Positions 28,762-38,345 of a DNA stretch of 64,000 nucleotides are shown piece after piece. Under the pieces are notes generated by a model that saw nothing but the letters and a program-made list of their open reading frames with translations, ran no database searches and was not told where the DNA came from. Within the stretch, counting starts at the first letter, position 1. Each line of letters starts with the position of its first letter. The DNA is from Thermodesulfobacteriota bacterium. GTDB taxonomy: Bacteria > Desulfobacterota > Desulfobacteria > Desulfobacterales > SURF-7. The stretch spans positions 1 through 64,000 of the forward strand of contig JBMORA010000038.1 of NCBI GenBank assembly GCA_049320885.1, read 5' to 3'. A program made the position numbers and the translations under genes.

Positions 28762-30162
28762 ATGCATCAGACAACCAACAAACGCCCGGATTCCGATTTC
28801 CGCGACCGATTGTCACGGCTGCTTATTCCGCCGCCGTTCCCGGAGAAACCGTTTGTGTTGTCGGGAGCCGCCTTCGGCGATGTATACCGGATGGCCGTCT
28901 CGCTCCAGGCCGATTTCCGTCGTCTCGGGCCGCAACCGGCCACCGTCTGTCTGTGCACCGACAACAGGGCGGTCATGGCCGCGGCTTTGCTGGCAGCCCT
29001 TGCCGGCGGCGTGACGCTGGTGCTGCCGTATTCCTACGCGGACAATATCCTGGAGGAAATCCGCCAATCCATGACGTTCCAGGCCGTGATCGCGGATGCG
29101 GGCAGAACCCCTCCCGGCGGCATACCCGTGCTGATGCCCGGCGCCGCCAGCCCGTCGGCAACGCTGGAAAACCTGGCAGGCGACATCCAGCCGGATGCCG
29201 AACTGCTGCGACTGTATACCGGCGGCTCCACCGGTAAACCCCAGGTCTGGCCCAAAACCGCCAACAATCTGTTTTCCGAGGCCTTTTTTCATGCCGACCG
29301 TCTGTCGGTCTCCCCGCGGGACCGGCTGGTGGCCACGGTTCCGCCCAACCATATCTATGGATTGCTGTTTTCCGTGCTCGTTCCCCTGGTTTCAGCCGCC
29401 GGCGTCGTCGCGGATACGCCGGTCTATCCCCATGAAATCGGCGCCGCCATCAAGGGACAACAGGCCACCATACTGGTGAGTATTCCCATGCACTATCGGG
29501 TGTTGAATGGCTGCCGGCTTTCCCGGGGCTCCCTGCGACTGGCCCTGTCCTCGGCCGGCATGCTGGATCCGGAGGACGGGCGCAGTTTTACGGAACAAAC
29601 CGGTACGGGCGTCCATGAAATCTACGGGTCCACCGAGACCGGCGGCATTGCCTACCGCCGCAGGTTTCTGGGGGAGGAGGCCTTCACGCCCTTTGATACC
29701 GTTGCCTGGGATATCCGGGAAGAACGCCTGCGGGTCCGCTCGGATTATCTGTCTCCTTGTCTGCCCATGGAGCCGGATGGCTTCTACCGCACCGGCGATC
29801 GCGCAACCCCTAAGGGCGACAGGGGGTTTCTGTTGCTGGGCAGGGCCGACGGGGTCGTCAAAGTCGGCGGCCGGCGCGTGGACCTGGATGAAATTCGGGA
29901 CAAACTGAAACAGATCGCCGGCGTGCGGGATGCCGCGGTTATATCCATACCCGTGGAAATGGGCCGCCAGAACGAAATCGCTGCCCTGGTCGAGGGGGAG
30001 CTCGATGTCGCCCATATCCGGCGTGAGTTGGCATCGATGCTGCCGCCATTCGCATTTCCGCGTCTCATCCGGGTGACGCCGCAGCTGCCCCGCACCGCCG
30101 CGGGTAAATTCGATCGATCCCGGTTGGAAGGGTTGTTGAAGAGCCATGTCAGTGAATCGTGA
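28762..30162 (+). CDS. AMP-dependent ligase (aryl-polyene/xanthomonadin-cluster-type acyl ligase-like)
   Basis: YTGGSTGKP, ATVPPNHIYGLLF, EIYGSTETGG, TGD, GRADGVVKVGG, GKFDR. Confidence 0.85.
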   Translation: MHQTTNKRPDSDFRDRLSRLLIPPPFPEKPFVLSGAAFGDVYRMAVSLQADFRRLGPQPATVCLCTDNRAVMAAALLAALAGGVTLVLPYSYADNILEEIRQSMTFQAVIADAGRTPPGGIPVLMPGAASPSATLENLAGDIQPDAELLRLYTGGSTGKPQVWPKTANNLFSEAFFHADRLSVSPRDRLVATVPPNHIYGLLFSVLVPLVSAAGVVADTPVYPHEIGAAIKGQQATILVSIPMHYRVLNGCRLSRGSLRLALSSAGMLDPEDGRSFTEQTGTGVHEIYGSTETGGIAYRRRFLGEEAFTPFDTVAWDIREERLRVRSDYLSPCLPMEPDGFYRTGDRATPKGDRGFLLLGRADGVVKVGGRRVDLDEIRDKLKQIAGVRDAAVISIPVEMGRQNEIAALVEGELDVAHIRRELASMLPPFAFPRLIRVTPQLPRTAAGKFDRSRLEGLLKSHVSES

Positions 30163-31654
30163 ACATGCATCGCCAACCGCGACGCCGCTGATGGAAGTGC
30201 TGCGAGCGGCGGCCGGGAAGTATCCAGGGAAAACCGCCCTGGTGCAGGGTGAGAAACGGCTCCGTTATCCGGAGCTGGTGGAGCTCATCGACCTCCTGGC
30301 CCGGGATTTGCGAGAAAGGGGCGTCTTCCCGGGGCATCTGGTGGCCTTGCGTTTTCCCAACAGCATCGCCTATATCGTGCTCACCTATGCCGTCTGGAAA
30401 TGCGGCGGCGCGGTGCTGCCCATCGCCGTGGAATTGACCGGTGCCGAGGTCGGATCGATTTTCAACCGAATCCGGCCCGACTTCTGTATCAGCGACCGCG
30501 CAAACGGGGGAGGTGAGCCCATGGCCTGTACCCGGCTGGAGACCAGTTGTTTTTTCGAGGCGCTTAAACCGGAAATGAAATTCCAGGCGGGTATTCCGGA
30601 CCTGGCATTTGTCCGCTTCACCTCGGGCACCACCGGAACGTTCAAGGGAGTGGCCCTGAGCCACGGCACGATTATCGACCGGATAACGGCGCTGAATCGG
30701 ATGTTGCGCATCGGTCCGGACGACACGGTGGTATGGGTGCTCAGCATGGCGCATCATTTTGTTTCCACCATCGTTTTATATCTCTCCAGCGGGGCCTCCA
30801 TTGTGTTATCGGCCGGTGTGCCGGCCGAACGCATTCTCGATGCCGTGGAAAAGGAACAGGCGACCGTGCTGTACGCGGCCCCGTTTCATTATGCGCTGCT
30901 TTCGGCCGAAGCTTCCCAAAGAAAGATGACCGCCATCCGGATGGCGATTTCAACCACCATCTCCCTGCCTGAATCGGTTTTCATGAACTTTTATAACCGC
31001 TTCGGCCTGCCCATCCTGCAAGCCTACGGCATCATCGAAACCGGGCTGGTATGCGTCAACATCGACAACCCCCTGGAAAAGAAAAATTCCGTGGGCCGGG
31101 CGGTGACGGGCTATGATATCGAAATCCGGGATCGGTTCCGGCCGGTTGACGGCGAGCCGGAGTGCGGGCGTCTGTTTGTCCGGGGGCCGGGCTTCTTTAA
31201 TGCCTATTTCAGCCCGTTCCGCGCGGCGGAAACCGTTCTGGAAAACGGCTGGTTTGACACCGGCGATGTGGGCCGGAAGGACCCGGAGGGATTCGTGTAC
31301 ATCCTGGGACGCCACAAGGATTTGATCAATGTCGCTGGCATGAAAGTGTTTCCCCAGGAGGTGGAGCGGGTTCTGGATGCCCATCCCGATATCAGGGAAT
31401 CCCGTGTGTTTGGAATGGAAAGCACCCGGCATGGCGAAGTCGTTGCGGCGGAAGTAGTGCCGGCGGAAGCTTCCCGCTTGACGGAGCGGGACTTGCGCAA
31501 TTATTGCCGGAGCCGGCTGGCATCCTATAAGATACCGGGAATCATACGGTTTGTGGACCATATCGAAAAAACGGCGGTAACCTCCAAAATCATTCGACAC
31601 CGTCGGGAAGCCGGTCGGGCAGCGTACGCCGGGGAGATCGAACATGCCGGTTGA
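30146..31654 (+). CDS. Class I adenylate-forming enzyme (acyl-CoA/acyl-ACP ligase)
   Basis: FTSGTTGTFKG, AYGIIETG, FDTGD, GRHKDLINVAG, YKIP, TSKI. Confidence 0.88.
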   Translation: MSVNREHASPTATPLMEVLRAAAGKYPGKTALVQGEKRLRYPELVELIDLLARDLRERGVFPGHLVALRFPNSIAYIVLTYAVWKCGGAVLPIAVELTGAEVGSIFNRIRPDFCISDRANGGGEPMACTRLETSCFFEALKPEMKFQAGIPDLAFVRFTSGTTGTFKGVALSHGTIIDRITALNRMLRIGPDDTVVWVLSMAHHFVSTIVLYLSSGASIVLSAGVPAERILDAVEKEQATVLYAAPFHYALLSAEASQRKMTAIRMAISTTISLPESVFMNFYNRFGLPILQAYGIIETGLVCVNIDNPLEKKNSVGRAVTGYDIEIRDRFRPVDGEPECGRLFVRGPGFFNAYFSPFRAAETVLENGWFDTGDVGRKDPEGFVYILGRHKDLINVAGMKVFPQEVERVLDAHPDIRESRVFGMESTRHGEVVAAEVVPAEASRLTERDLRNYCRSRLASYKIPGIIRFVDHIEKTAVTSKIIRHRREAGRAAYAGEIEHAG

Positions 31655-31919
31655 AAACAGGCGCCGGCATATCGAAACGGTCCTTTTGGAATTCCTTCGG
31701 GAAGAGGTTTTCGATGTCCGCATACCCCTTACCGAGCATACCGATCTCCTGGAGTCGGGCTTTGACTCCCTGGCGCTGCTGCGATTGCTGAATTTCACCG
31801 AGCAGCGTCTCGGCATCCGCATCCCGGAGGAGGAAATCACCGAAAACCGGATTAAAACCGTCCGCAGCCTGGCGGAGTGGATCGATGCCCTTGGAAACCA
31901 AGAACCGACTGGCCCTTAA
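31644..31919 (+). CDS. Acyl/peptidyl carrier protein
   Basis: Phosphopantetheine motif LLESGFDSL, acidic, 91 aa. Confidence 0.88.
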   Translation: MPVENRRRHIETVLLEFLREEVFDVRIPLTEHTDLLESGFDSLALLRLLNFTEQRLGIRIPEEEITENRIKTVRSLAEWIDALGNQEPTGP

Positions 31920-33252
31920 CGGCGTCGACTGTCTGATGCTGGCCTTCGACCGGCAGTTGAAAAAAAACGGTTTCGCCGGAAATCTGGCCCAGATTGTCCT
32001 GGGACTTGACACCCATATGGCGGCGGAAGAATTTCAAAAACGGCTCGCCGCCGTGGCATCCGGATTTCCCGTGATCCGTGCGACGCTGAAGTCGCGCTTC
32101 TGGAAAGGCCGGCCCTTCTGGTTGATTCCCGTTGACGGGAAAAGGCCTTTCCCGGAAGTGCGGACGCATGTTCTGGAGGCAGCCCCCGGTTCTCCGCGAC
32201 ACGAAGAGCTCCGGCGCCGATTCCTGAACACGCCCCTGCGGACCCGCCGGGGTGAATGGATCCGGTTCGATCTGGTCTACTTTTCCGACCGGCGCATGGA
32301 AATCACCATGACCTGGCACCATGTCCTGATGGATGCCCGGGGGGCGGAGTACTTTCTGCATCTGATCGGCGGGGGTGCCGAACAAAAGCCGTTGTCCATG
32401 CAGGAAGCGGCCGATGGTTCGTTGATCCCTTTTTATAAACGCTTGGCCGCCATCGACATGAAGGAAAAATGGCGTCTGGCCGGACGCGCCTTTGAACGGA
32501 TCGACGGCATGGCCCTGCTCCGCCCGGTATCCCTGTATACCCGGCTGAAATCCCGGACCCGTCCGCGACTGGATTATCGCCTCGAAAGTTTTTCGCTTCC
32601 GGAAACCCGGGAAATCATGGTGCGTTGCCGGGAAATCTGCGGGCCCCTCAACGACTCCGCCTATTTTTTGTCCGCCGCTTTGTTGTGCCTGGCCGATGTC
32701 CATCGGAAAAAAAATGTTCCGACCCGAAGTTATATTGTTTCCTTTCCCGTCGACCTGCGCAAAATCGGCACCCGCCTGCCGCTTTTCACCAATCAGGCCG
32801 GAACCCTGCTGTATGAGTTCAAGGCCGGGGAGCTTACCGACATCTCTTCCGTGGCCGGCCTGTTCCGGAGCCAAACCCAGGAGGCCTTGCGCCGGGATCT
32901 GCTTTTCGCCAATTTCTGCGTCCAGGAACTGTCCCGCTTCCTGCCGACCTGGTTCTATGTCCGAAAAATCAAAAAATCCCTGCGCGGGGAAATCGCCTCC
33001 CTGGTTTTCGCCAATCCCGGCGCCACGTTTCAGGGGCTTGCCGAATTTCTGGAGCAGCCGGTGCGCTACCAGTACCATGTGCCTGCCGTGGTGGCGCCTC
33101 CGGGCATCGGGGTGGTATACTATTTTTTCAACGACCGGCTGCAGATCACCCTGGTCTATGCGGAAGGAATGCTGACGGCCGGGGACGCCGGCGACTTTCT
33201 CACCGGCCTGCGCGGCCGGTTGCTGACAGGACAAACCCCATGCGGATCCTGA
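31885..33252 (+). CDS. Stand-alone condensation-domain-like/CoA-dependent acyltransferase
   Basis: WHHVLMDARG (HHxxxD), PVDLR, 455 aa. Directly downstream of the carrier protein. Confidence 0.7.
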   Translation: MPLETKNRLALNGVDCLMLAFDRQLKKNGFAGNLAQIVLGLDTHMAAEEFQKRLAAVASGFPVIRATLKSRFWKGRPFWLIPVDGKRPFPEVRTHVLEAAPGSPRHEELRRRFLNTPLRTRRGEWIRFDLVYFSDRRMEITMTWHHVLMDARGAEYFLHLIGGGAEQKPLSMQEAADGSLIPFYKRLAAIDMKEKWRLAGRAFERIDGMALLRPVSLYTRLKSRTRPRLDYRLESFSLPETREIMVRCREICGPLNDSAYFLSAALLCLADVHRKKNVPTRSYIVSFPVDLRKIGTRLPLFTNQAGTLLYEFKAGELTDISSVAGLFRSQTQEALRRDLLFANFCVQELSRFLPTWFYVRKIKKSLRGEIASLVFANPGATFQGLAEFLEQPVRYQYHVPAVVAPPGIGVVYYFFNDRLQITLVYAEGMLTAGDAGDFLTGLRGRLLTGQTPCGS

Positions 33253-34643
33253 TCATCGCCACCAACCGGGAAAAATCGCCTTACGCCGTGGCCCCGCTGG
33301 GTGCGGCCCAACTGGTGTCGGTCCTGACGGCGCAGGGGTTCGAAGCCCGGTTGCTGGATCTGGCATTCGCCGGCAACCCCGGACGCCTGATCGGTAAGCG
33401 CATCGACCGCTTCAAGCCCCAGCTGGTGGGGCTGTCCATCCGCAACCTGGATGACTGCCAGTATGCCACCGGCAGGGTCTATTACGGTGAGACCCGGGAG
33501 ATCGTGAACCGGGTGCGCCAAAGAACCGCTGCGCCAGTCATCATCGGCGGCGGAGCCGTATCGGTGCTGCCGGAAGAACTGGCGGACCATCTCGGTGTGA
33601 GGTACGCGGCGGTGGGGGAAGGGGAAAAAGTCCTGCCGGCTTTTGCCCGGGCCCTGGCGGACAAGGTCGGCTTCGACGGCATTCCCGGTCTGTTGGTCCG
33701 CGGTCGGAACGGCTGGATCAGACAGGCCCCGGACTTTTCCCTGGAACTGGACAGCCTGCCGCTGTACGATTATTCCAGCATCGATTATGCCCGGTATTTC
33801 CGGCGGGGTGGGTTCATCGGCCTGCAGACCAAGAGAGGCTGTGCCTTCCGGTGCATCTACTGCAACTATCCGACCCTGGAGGGCGTCCGCGTCCGCTGCC
33901 GGTCACCGCTGCTTTGCGTGGACGACATGGAAAAAATCGTCAAGGACACCGGGTTACGGGATTTTTTCTTTACCGACAGCGTTTTTAACTGGCCGCGTTC
34001 CCATGCCCTGGCCGTCTGCGAGGAAATCATCCGGCGGCGGATCAGGATCCGCTGGCTCGCCTACTGCAACCCCGCGGGCCTGGATGCGGAAATGGCCGCT
34101 GTGTTTCAACGGGCCGGTTGCGCGGGCATCGAGCTGGGGCTGGACGCCGTCACCGACGAGATGTTGATCAACATGGGAAAAGGCTTTTCCCGGGCGGATA
34201 TCGCCCGGGCCTATCAGGCCCTCCACAAGGCCGGTCTCCCGTTCGCCGTCTTCCTGCTCTTCGGCGGTCCCGGCGATTCCTTCCGGAACATGCAGGAAAC
34301 CCAGCGGCTGCTCACGGATTTCGGCAAGGCCAACGCCGTATTCGCCTCCCTGGGCATCCGCATCTACCGGGACGCCCCGATCCACCAAAAGGCCCTGGAG
34401 GAGGGCCGGCTTGGGGCCCGGGACCCGCTGTTGCAGCCGGTGTATTATCTTTCCTCCTCGCTGGAATCGGACATTGTGTCCAAACTCGATCGTCTGGCGC
34501 GGCGGGAAGCGACCTGGAGCACGCCGTCCGACTGGAACTCCCTGCTGGTGAACCTGGTCCAGAGAATTCTGGGGCGCCTGCGGGTCATTCCCAATTGGAA
34601 GGATATCGAAGCCTACGGTGCGCATATGAGAAGACAATGGTGA
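33240..34643 (+). CDS. B12-binding radical SAM protein (lipid-biosynthesis-cluster type)
   Basis: PLG, GLSIRNLDD, GGGAVS, GEGE, QTKRGCAFRCIYC, FTDSVFN, LLFGGPG. Confidence 0.9.
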   Translation: MRILIIATNREKSPYAVAPLGAAQLVSVLTAQGFEARLLDLAFAGNPGRLIGKRIDRFKPQLVGLSIRNLDDCQYATGRVYYGETREIVNRVRQRTAAPVIIGGGAVSVLPEELADHLGVRYAAVGEGEKVLPAFARALADKVGFDGIPGLLVRGRNGWIRQAPDFSLELDSLPLYDYSSIDYARYFRRGGFIGLQTKRGCAFRCIYCNYPTLEGVRVRCRSPLLCVDDMEKIVKDTGLRDFFFTDSVFNWPRSHALAVCEEIIRRRIRIRWLAYCNPAGLDAEMAAVFQRAGCAGIELGLDAVTDEMLINMGKGFSRADIARAYQALHKAGLPFAVFLLFGGPGDSFRNMQETQRLLTDFGKANAVFASLGIRIYRDAPIHQKALEEGRLGARDPLLQPVYYLSSSLESDIVSKLDRLARREATWSTPSDWNSLLVNLVQRILGRLRVIPNWKDIEAYGAHMRRQW

Positions 34644-35818
34644 CGAAACACTGCGATGTGGCCGTCGTCGGTGCCGGACCGGCCGGGATCGCCGCGGCGA
34701 TTTGTTCCGCCCGCGCCGGTTGCCGTACGGTTCTGGTCGAGCGAAACGGTTTCCCGGGCGGCATGGTCGTAAAAGGCGCCATATCCACCCTATGCGGCCT
34801 GTATCTCCATACCGGAGCCGTCCCTCGCTTTATTTATGACGGATTCACCGCCGAGTTCATCCGCCGCCTGATGAAAACGGACCGGGTGGCCGGACCGCTG
34901 CGGATGGGCAAGCTTCATGTGTTGCCGTTCCGTCCGGACTCGTTCCAGGGTCTCGCCGGCGTCCTGATTGACGGGCAACGGGAAGTGCAGGCCTTTTTTT
35001 CCGCCGAACTCACGGGCGTCGCCGTGAACCGGACCCGCATCGAAAGACTTGCCATCCGGGCAGGCGGGAAGTCGTGGGAGATGGAAACCGGGGTAGTCAT
35101 CGATTGCAGCGGAAACGCCGCCGTGGCCCGGCTTGCCGGCCTGAATGTCATGACGGGGGATCCGGCCCGGCAATCGCCGGCGGTAATGGTTCCGGTGGGG
35201 AACGTAACCGGTGCTTTGTCGTCGCCCGCCAGGCGGATTCAGATCCTGCTGGCCCTGCAGCGCGCCGCCATGGCCGGAAATCTGCCGAAAGAAGCCGCCA
35301 CCGTCGCCTTCATGCCCTCGCTGGATGAGGATACCGTTGTTCTGAAATTGAATCCGGGAGCAGCGGCCGCGGACCCGGACAACTCCGGGTCGGGCCGCCG
35401 GGCCGCCGCCGCGCTGCTGGCCTATTTGCAGGCCCATGTGGCCGAATTCGCCCGCAGCAGCGTGATGGGGGAGAGCTTTCCACTTCTTCAGCGCACCTCC
35501 CACCGGCTCGTCGGGAGATATGTTTTGAAAGGCGGGGATGTCCTCCGGGCCGCGATTTTTCCGGATGCGGTTGCGCAGGGATGCTGGCCCATGGAACAAT
35601 GGGATGCGGAGGGCCGGCAGCGGCTGCGTTATCTTCCTTCCGGAGAATGCTATGATATCCCTTCCGGAGCGCTGCAGGCCGTGGGTCTGGAGAATCTGTT
35701 CATGGCCGGCAAAACCATCAGTGCCGATGAAGACGCCATCGCCTCGGCCCGGGTGATCGGCTGCTGCCTGGCCACCGGTGAAGCCGCCGGTCGGCTGGCT
35801 GCCGCGGCCTGTTTGTAG
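34637..35818 (+). CDS. FAD-dependent oxidoreductase
   Basis: DVAVVGAGPAGIAAA, ERxxxxGG, IDCSG, YDIP, NLFMAGKTIS, RVIGCCLATGEAAG. Confidence 0.88.
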   Translation: MVTKHCDVAVVGAGPAGIAAAICSARAGCRTVLVERNGFPGGMVVKGAISTLCGLYLHTGAVPRFIYDGFTAEFIRRLMKTDRVAGPLRMGKLHVLPFRPDSFQGLAGVLIDGQREVQAFFSAELTGVAVNRTRIERLAIRAGGKSWEMETGVVIDCSGNAAVARLAGLNVMTGDPARQSPAVMVPVGNVTGALSSPARRIQILLALQRAAMAGNLPKEAATVAFMPSLDEDTVVLKLNPGAAAADPDNSGSGRRAAAALLAYLQAHVAEFARSSVMGESFPLLQRTSHRLVGRYVLKGGDVLRAAIFPDAVAQGCWPMEQWDAEGRQRLRYLPSGECYDIPSGALQAVGLENLFMAGKTISADEDAIASARVIGCCLATGEAAGRLAAAACL

Positions 35819-35826
35819 GGACGCTG

Positions 35827-36645
35827 TCAGGCGTTTTCCGCCTGTATGCCGTGCCGCAGGGAGAGTTTCTGAAACATCTGGGCAAGCCCGGCGGCCAGGG
35901 AAAAAACGGAACCGATATCCAGGTTGTCGTTGACGCTTTCATCGAAGAAAAGATTCAGGCTGGATTCAAGTCCGTCTTCATTGGACCAGTAACAGACCAT
36001 GATGGGGACCTTGGGCAGGGGATGCAGCACAACGGAGACATCCGATTCAAATTGCTCCGGCACCTGCCGGCCGCCGAACAGATGAACCATGTCGTCGAAC
36101 AGTTCCGTATAGGAATCGGCCACCTGCTTCATGGGTTCTTCACAGCGTTTCTGAAACAGCCCGTAACGCTCCCGGCCTTCCTTCAGGTCCCGGAAGGAAA
36201 GCCAGTTTCCGGTGACCGGTTTCCCCTTGCCATACAGAATATACATCATGAACGGGACCGCCACCCATGGATTGATATGGATATCCGAGGCCAGATTCCC
36301 GTTACGGTCCACACTGAAATCCTTGCCCAGGATCTTGAGGATCAGGCGGTTTTCCTCGACCCGCCCGCCGGTTCTTGCCGCCGCTTCCGCAAAATCAAGC
36401 CCGCCGAAGGCGGCCTTCAGTTTTGCCATGGCTTCATCCCGGTTCCGCTCGGCGACGTTTCCGCCGGTCTCCGCGTCCGCGAATCGCTTCCGGATCTCCG
36501 GATTCAGCACCGGGCATTCGGAAATGCTTCGCCGGCCCTGAAAAACCGCTCCGGCAAAGGCCAGGCAGGTTTTTTCACCGCATTTCCGGCAGTTGGATTT
36601 GTCGAGCCATTTGAACACTTCCATGGCATTTCGGGGTCGGGGCAT
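35827..36645 (-). CDS. Fe-S (AcsC N-terminal-like) plus DUF3786 domain protein
   Basis: LDKSNCRKCGEKTCLAFA...CP, then WLSFRDL and PLPKVP. AGGAGG RBS. Confidence 0.8.
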   Translation of the reverse strand: MPRPRNAMEVFKWLDKSNCRKCGEKTCLAFAGAVFQGRRSISECPVLNPEIRKRFADAETGGNVAERNRDEAMAKLKAAFGGLDFAEAAARTGGRVEENRLILKILGKDFSVDRNGNLASDIHINPWVAVPFMMYILYGKGKPVTGNWLSFRDLKEGRERYGLFQKRCEEPMKQVADSYTELFDDMVHLFGGRQVPEQFESDVSVVLHPLPKVPIMVCYWSNEDGLESSLNLFFDESVNDNLDIGSVFSLAAGLAQMFQKLSLRHGIQAENA

Positions 36646-36786
36646 GGATCGCACCTCCTGCTGGTTTTTATTTTCCAATACCAACGGGTCGATATCCTGT
36701 CAAGCCGCACAACCGGGCGGTCTTTACAGTCGCGCATGCATCTGGTACATTGATCTTCGATTCATCGACCCAAAAGGATGCATTGA

Positions 36787-37218
36787 ATGCTCGAAATTTC
36801 CCAGAAAGTCTCCATCCCGGACAGCGAAATCGAAATCAGCGCCGTCCGCTCCCAAGGCGCCGGCGGCCAGAATGTCAATAAGGTCTCCAGCGCGGTGCAC
36901 CTGCGCTTCAACATCCTGTCGTCCTCGCTGCCGGATTTTTACAAGGAACGGTTGACAAAACGCAGTGACCGCCGGATTACCCACGACGGCGTCATCGTCA
37001 TCAAGGCCCAGAGATTCCGCAGTCAGGAGAAAAACCGGGAGGACGCGTTGCTGCGCCTCCGGGAGCTCGTCCGCAGCGCCGCGGTCTTCAGCAAAAAGCG
37101 CACCCCCACCGCCCCGACCCGGGCGGCCGGTCGCAAACGGATGGATCAAAAAACCAAACACGGCAGGCTCAAGGAATCGCGCAGGTCGATCCGCACAACG
37201 GATGGGGATGCCGGATAA
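36787..37218 (+). CDS. arfB: Alternative ribosome-rescue peptidyl-tRNA hydrolase ArfB
   Basis: RSQGAGGQNVNKVSS, RSQEKNR and a basic C-terminal tail. Confidence 0.93.
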   Translation: MLEISQKVSIPDSEIEISAVRSQGAGGQNVNKVSSAVHLRFNILSSSLPDFYKERLTKRSDRRITHDGVIVIKAQRFRSQEKNREDALLRLRELVRSAAVFSKKRTPTAPTRAAGRKRMDQKTKHGRLKESRRSIRTTDGDAG

Positions 37219-37224
37219 CAGCGC

Positions 37225-38103
37225 TTACAGGCCGCGCAGCGCTTCACTGCGCAGGGAGCGCATATCCCGTTTTTCCAGCACTTCGCGGACCGTTTCCAGC
37301 ATGCGGGCCTTGTCTTTCTGGAGGGTGCCGCTGACCGGCAGGTAGTTGGAAGCATGGGCGCCGACGAATTTCAAGCCGTCGATTTCGATATGTTCAAACA
37401 TCCACTTCATTTCCTCCAGGGTCTCGAAGGCGTCCGGCAGCTGGAACTTTCCGGATTGGACCTGTTGATATAAAGCGGTATGCGGAACCGGTGTAAAGGT
37501 AAGGGCCGCCAGATAGCGGGGCTTCATTTCGTTGGTGATCCGGGCCGTGGCCAGGGCATGGGCTTTCGATGCAGCTCCTTTTCCGGCGATGCCCAGCATC
37601 ACCATGGAAGAAAGATTCATGCCGGCCGCCACCAGGTTCTGTCCCGCCCGAAGCATTTCCTGATAGGTAACCCCCTTGTTGACGGCCCGCAGCACGTTTT
37701 CATCCCCGCTTTCCACTCCCAGATAGGCCTTGGTCAAGCCGGCGGCCCGCAGGGCAGAGAGTTCGGACATGCTTTTTGCAAGGGTGCTTTGGGGGCCCAC
37801 ATAGGTTCCCACATGCCGCAGGGAAGGAAACGCCCGGTATAATGTTCCCAATATGGTCAGCAGGGTGTCGGTGGGAATGTCGATGGCGTCGCCGTCGCAC
37901 AGGAACACCTTTTCCACATCACCGTAATATTCCACGGCCATGCGGATATCTTCCCTGATTTCCTCCAGGCTGCGGACCCGGTAGCGCCGGTCCTTGTACA
38001 TGCCGCAGAAGGTGCAGCGGTTGTGGGAGCATCCGATGGTGCATTGCAGCAGATAGCTGTTCGCCTCGCTGAATGGTCTGAAGATATTGCCTTCGTATCG
38101 CAT
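37225..38103 (-). CDS. Radical SAM protein (no B12 domain)
   Basis: MRYEGNIFRP, TIGCSHNRCTFC, FLCDGD, YLGVESG, HASNYL. AGGAGG RBS. Confidence 0.9.
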   Translation of the reverse strand: MRYEGNIFRPFSEANSYLLQCTIGCSHNRCTFCGMYKDRRYRVRSLEEIREDIRMAVEYYGDVEKVFLCDGDAIDIPTDTLLTILGTLYRAFPSLRHVGTYVGPQSTLAKSMSELSALRAAGLTKAYLGVESGDENVLRAVNKGVTYQEMLRAGQNLVAAGMNLSSMVMLGIAGKGAASKAHALATARITNEMKPRYLAALTFTPVPHTALYQQVQSGKFQLPDAFETLEEMKWMFEHIEIDGLKFVGAHASNYLPVSGTLQKDKARMLETVREVLEKRDMRSLRSEALRGL

Positions 38104-38345
38104 GGAACGGTTCCTCCTGTTCACCGGAGCGTGGCTGCCGGCTGGCGGTTCCACTTCGGTTTTCCGGCGCTGCTTATACCCCTTGAACCGCGGAAAGGCA
38201 ACAGGGATTTCCCTGTGTGGGGAGTTTCCATCTGTGGAAGCCTCTCCTGCAATTACCGCTTGACGGCTCCCGATTTTCGATCAACAATTCAACAGCTAAA
38301 ACCGGCCTTGATGAATTGCCACGGATATTAAAAGGAATCCCGAGA

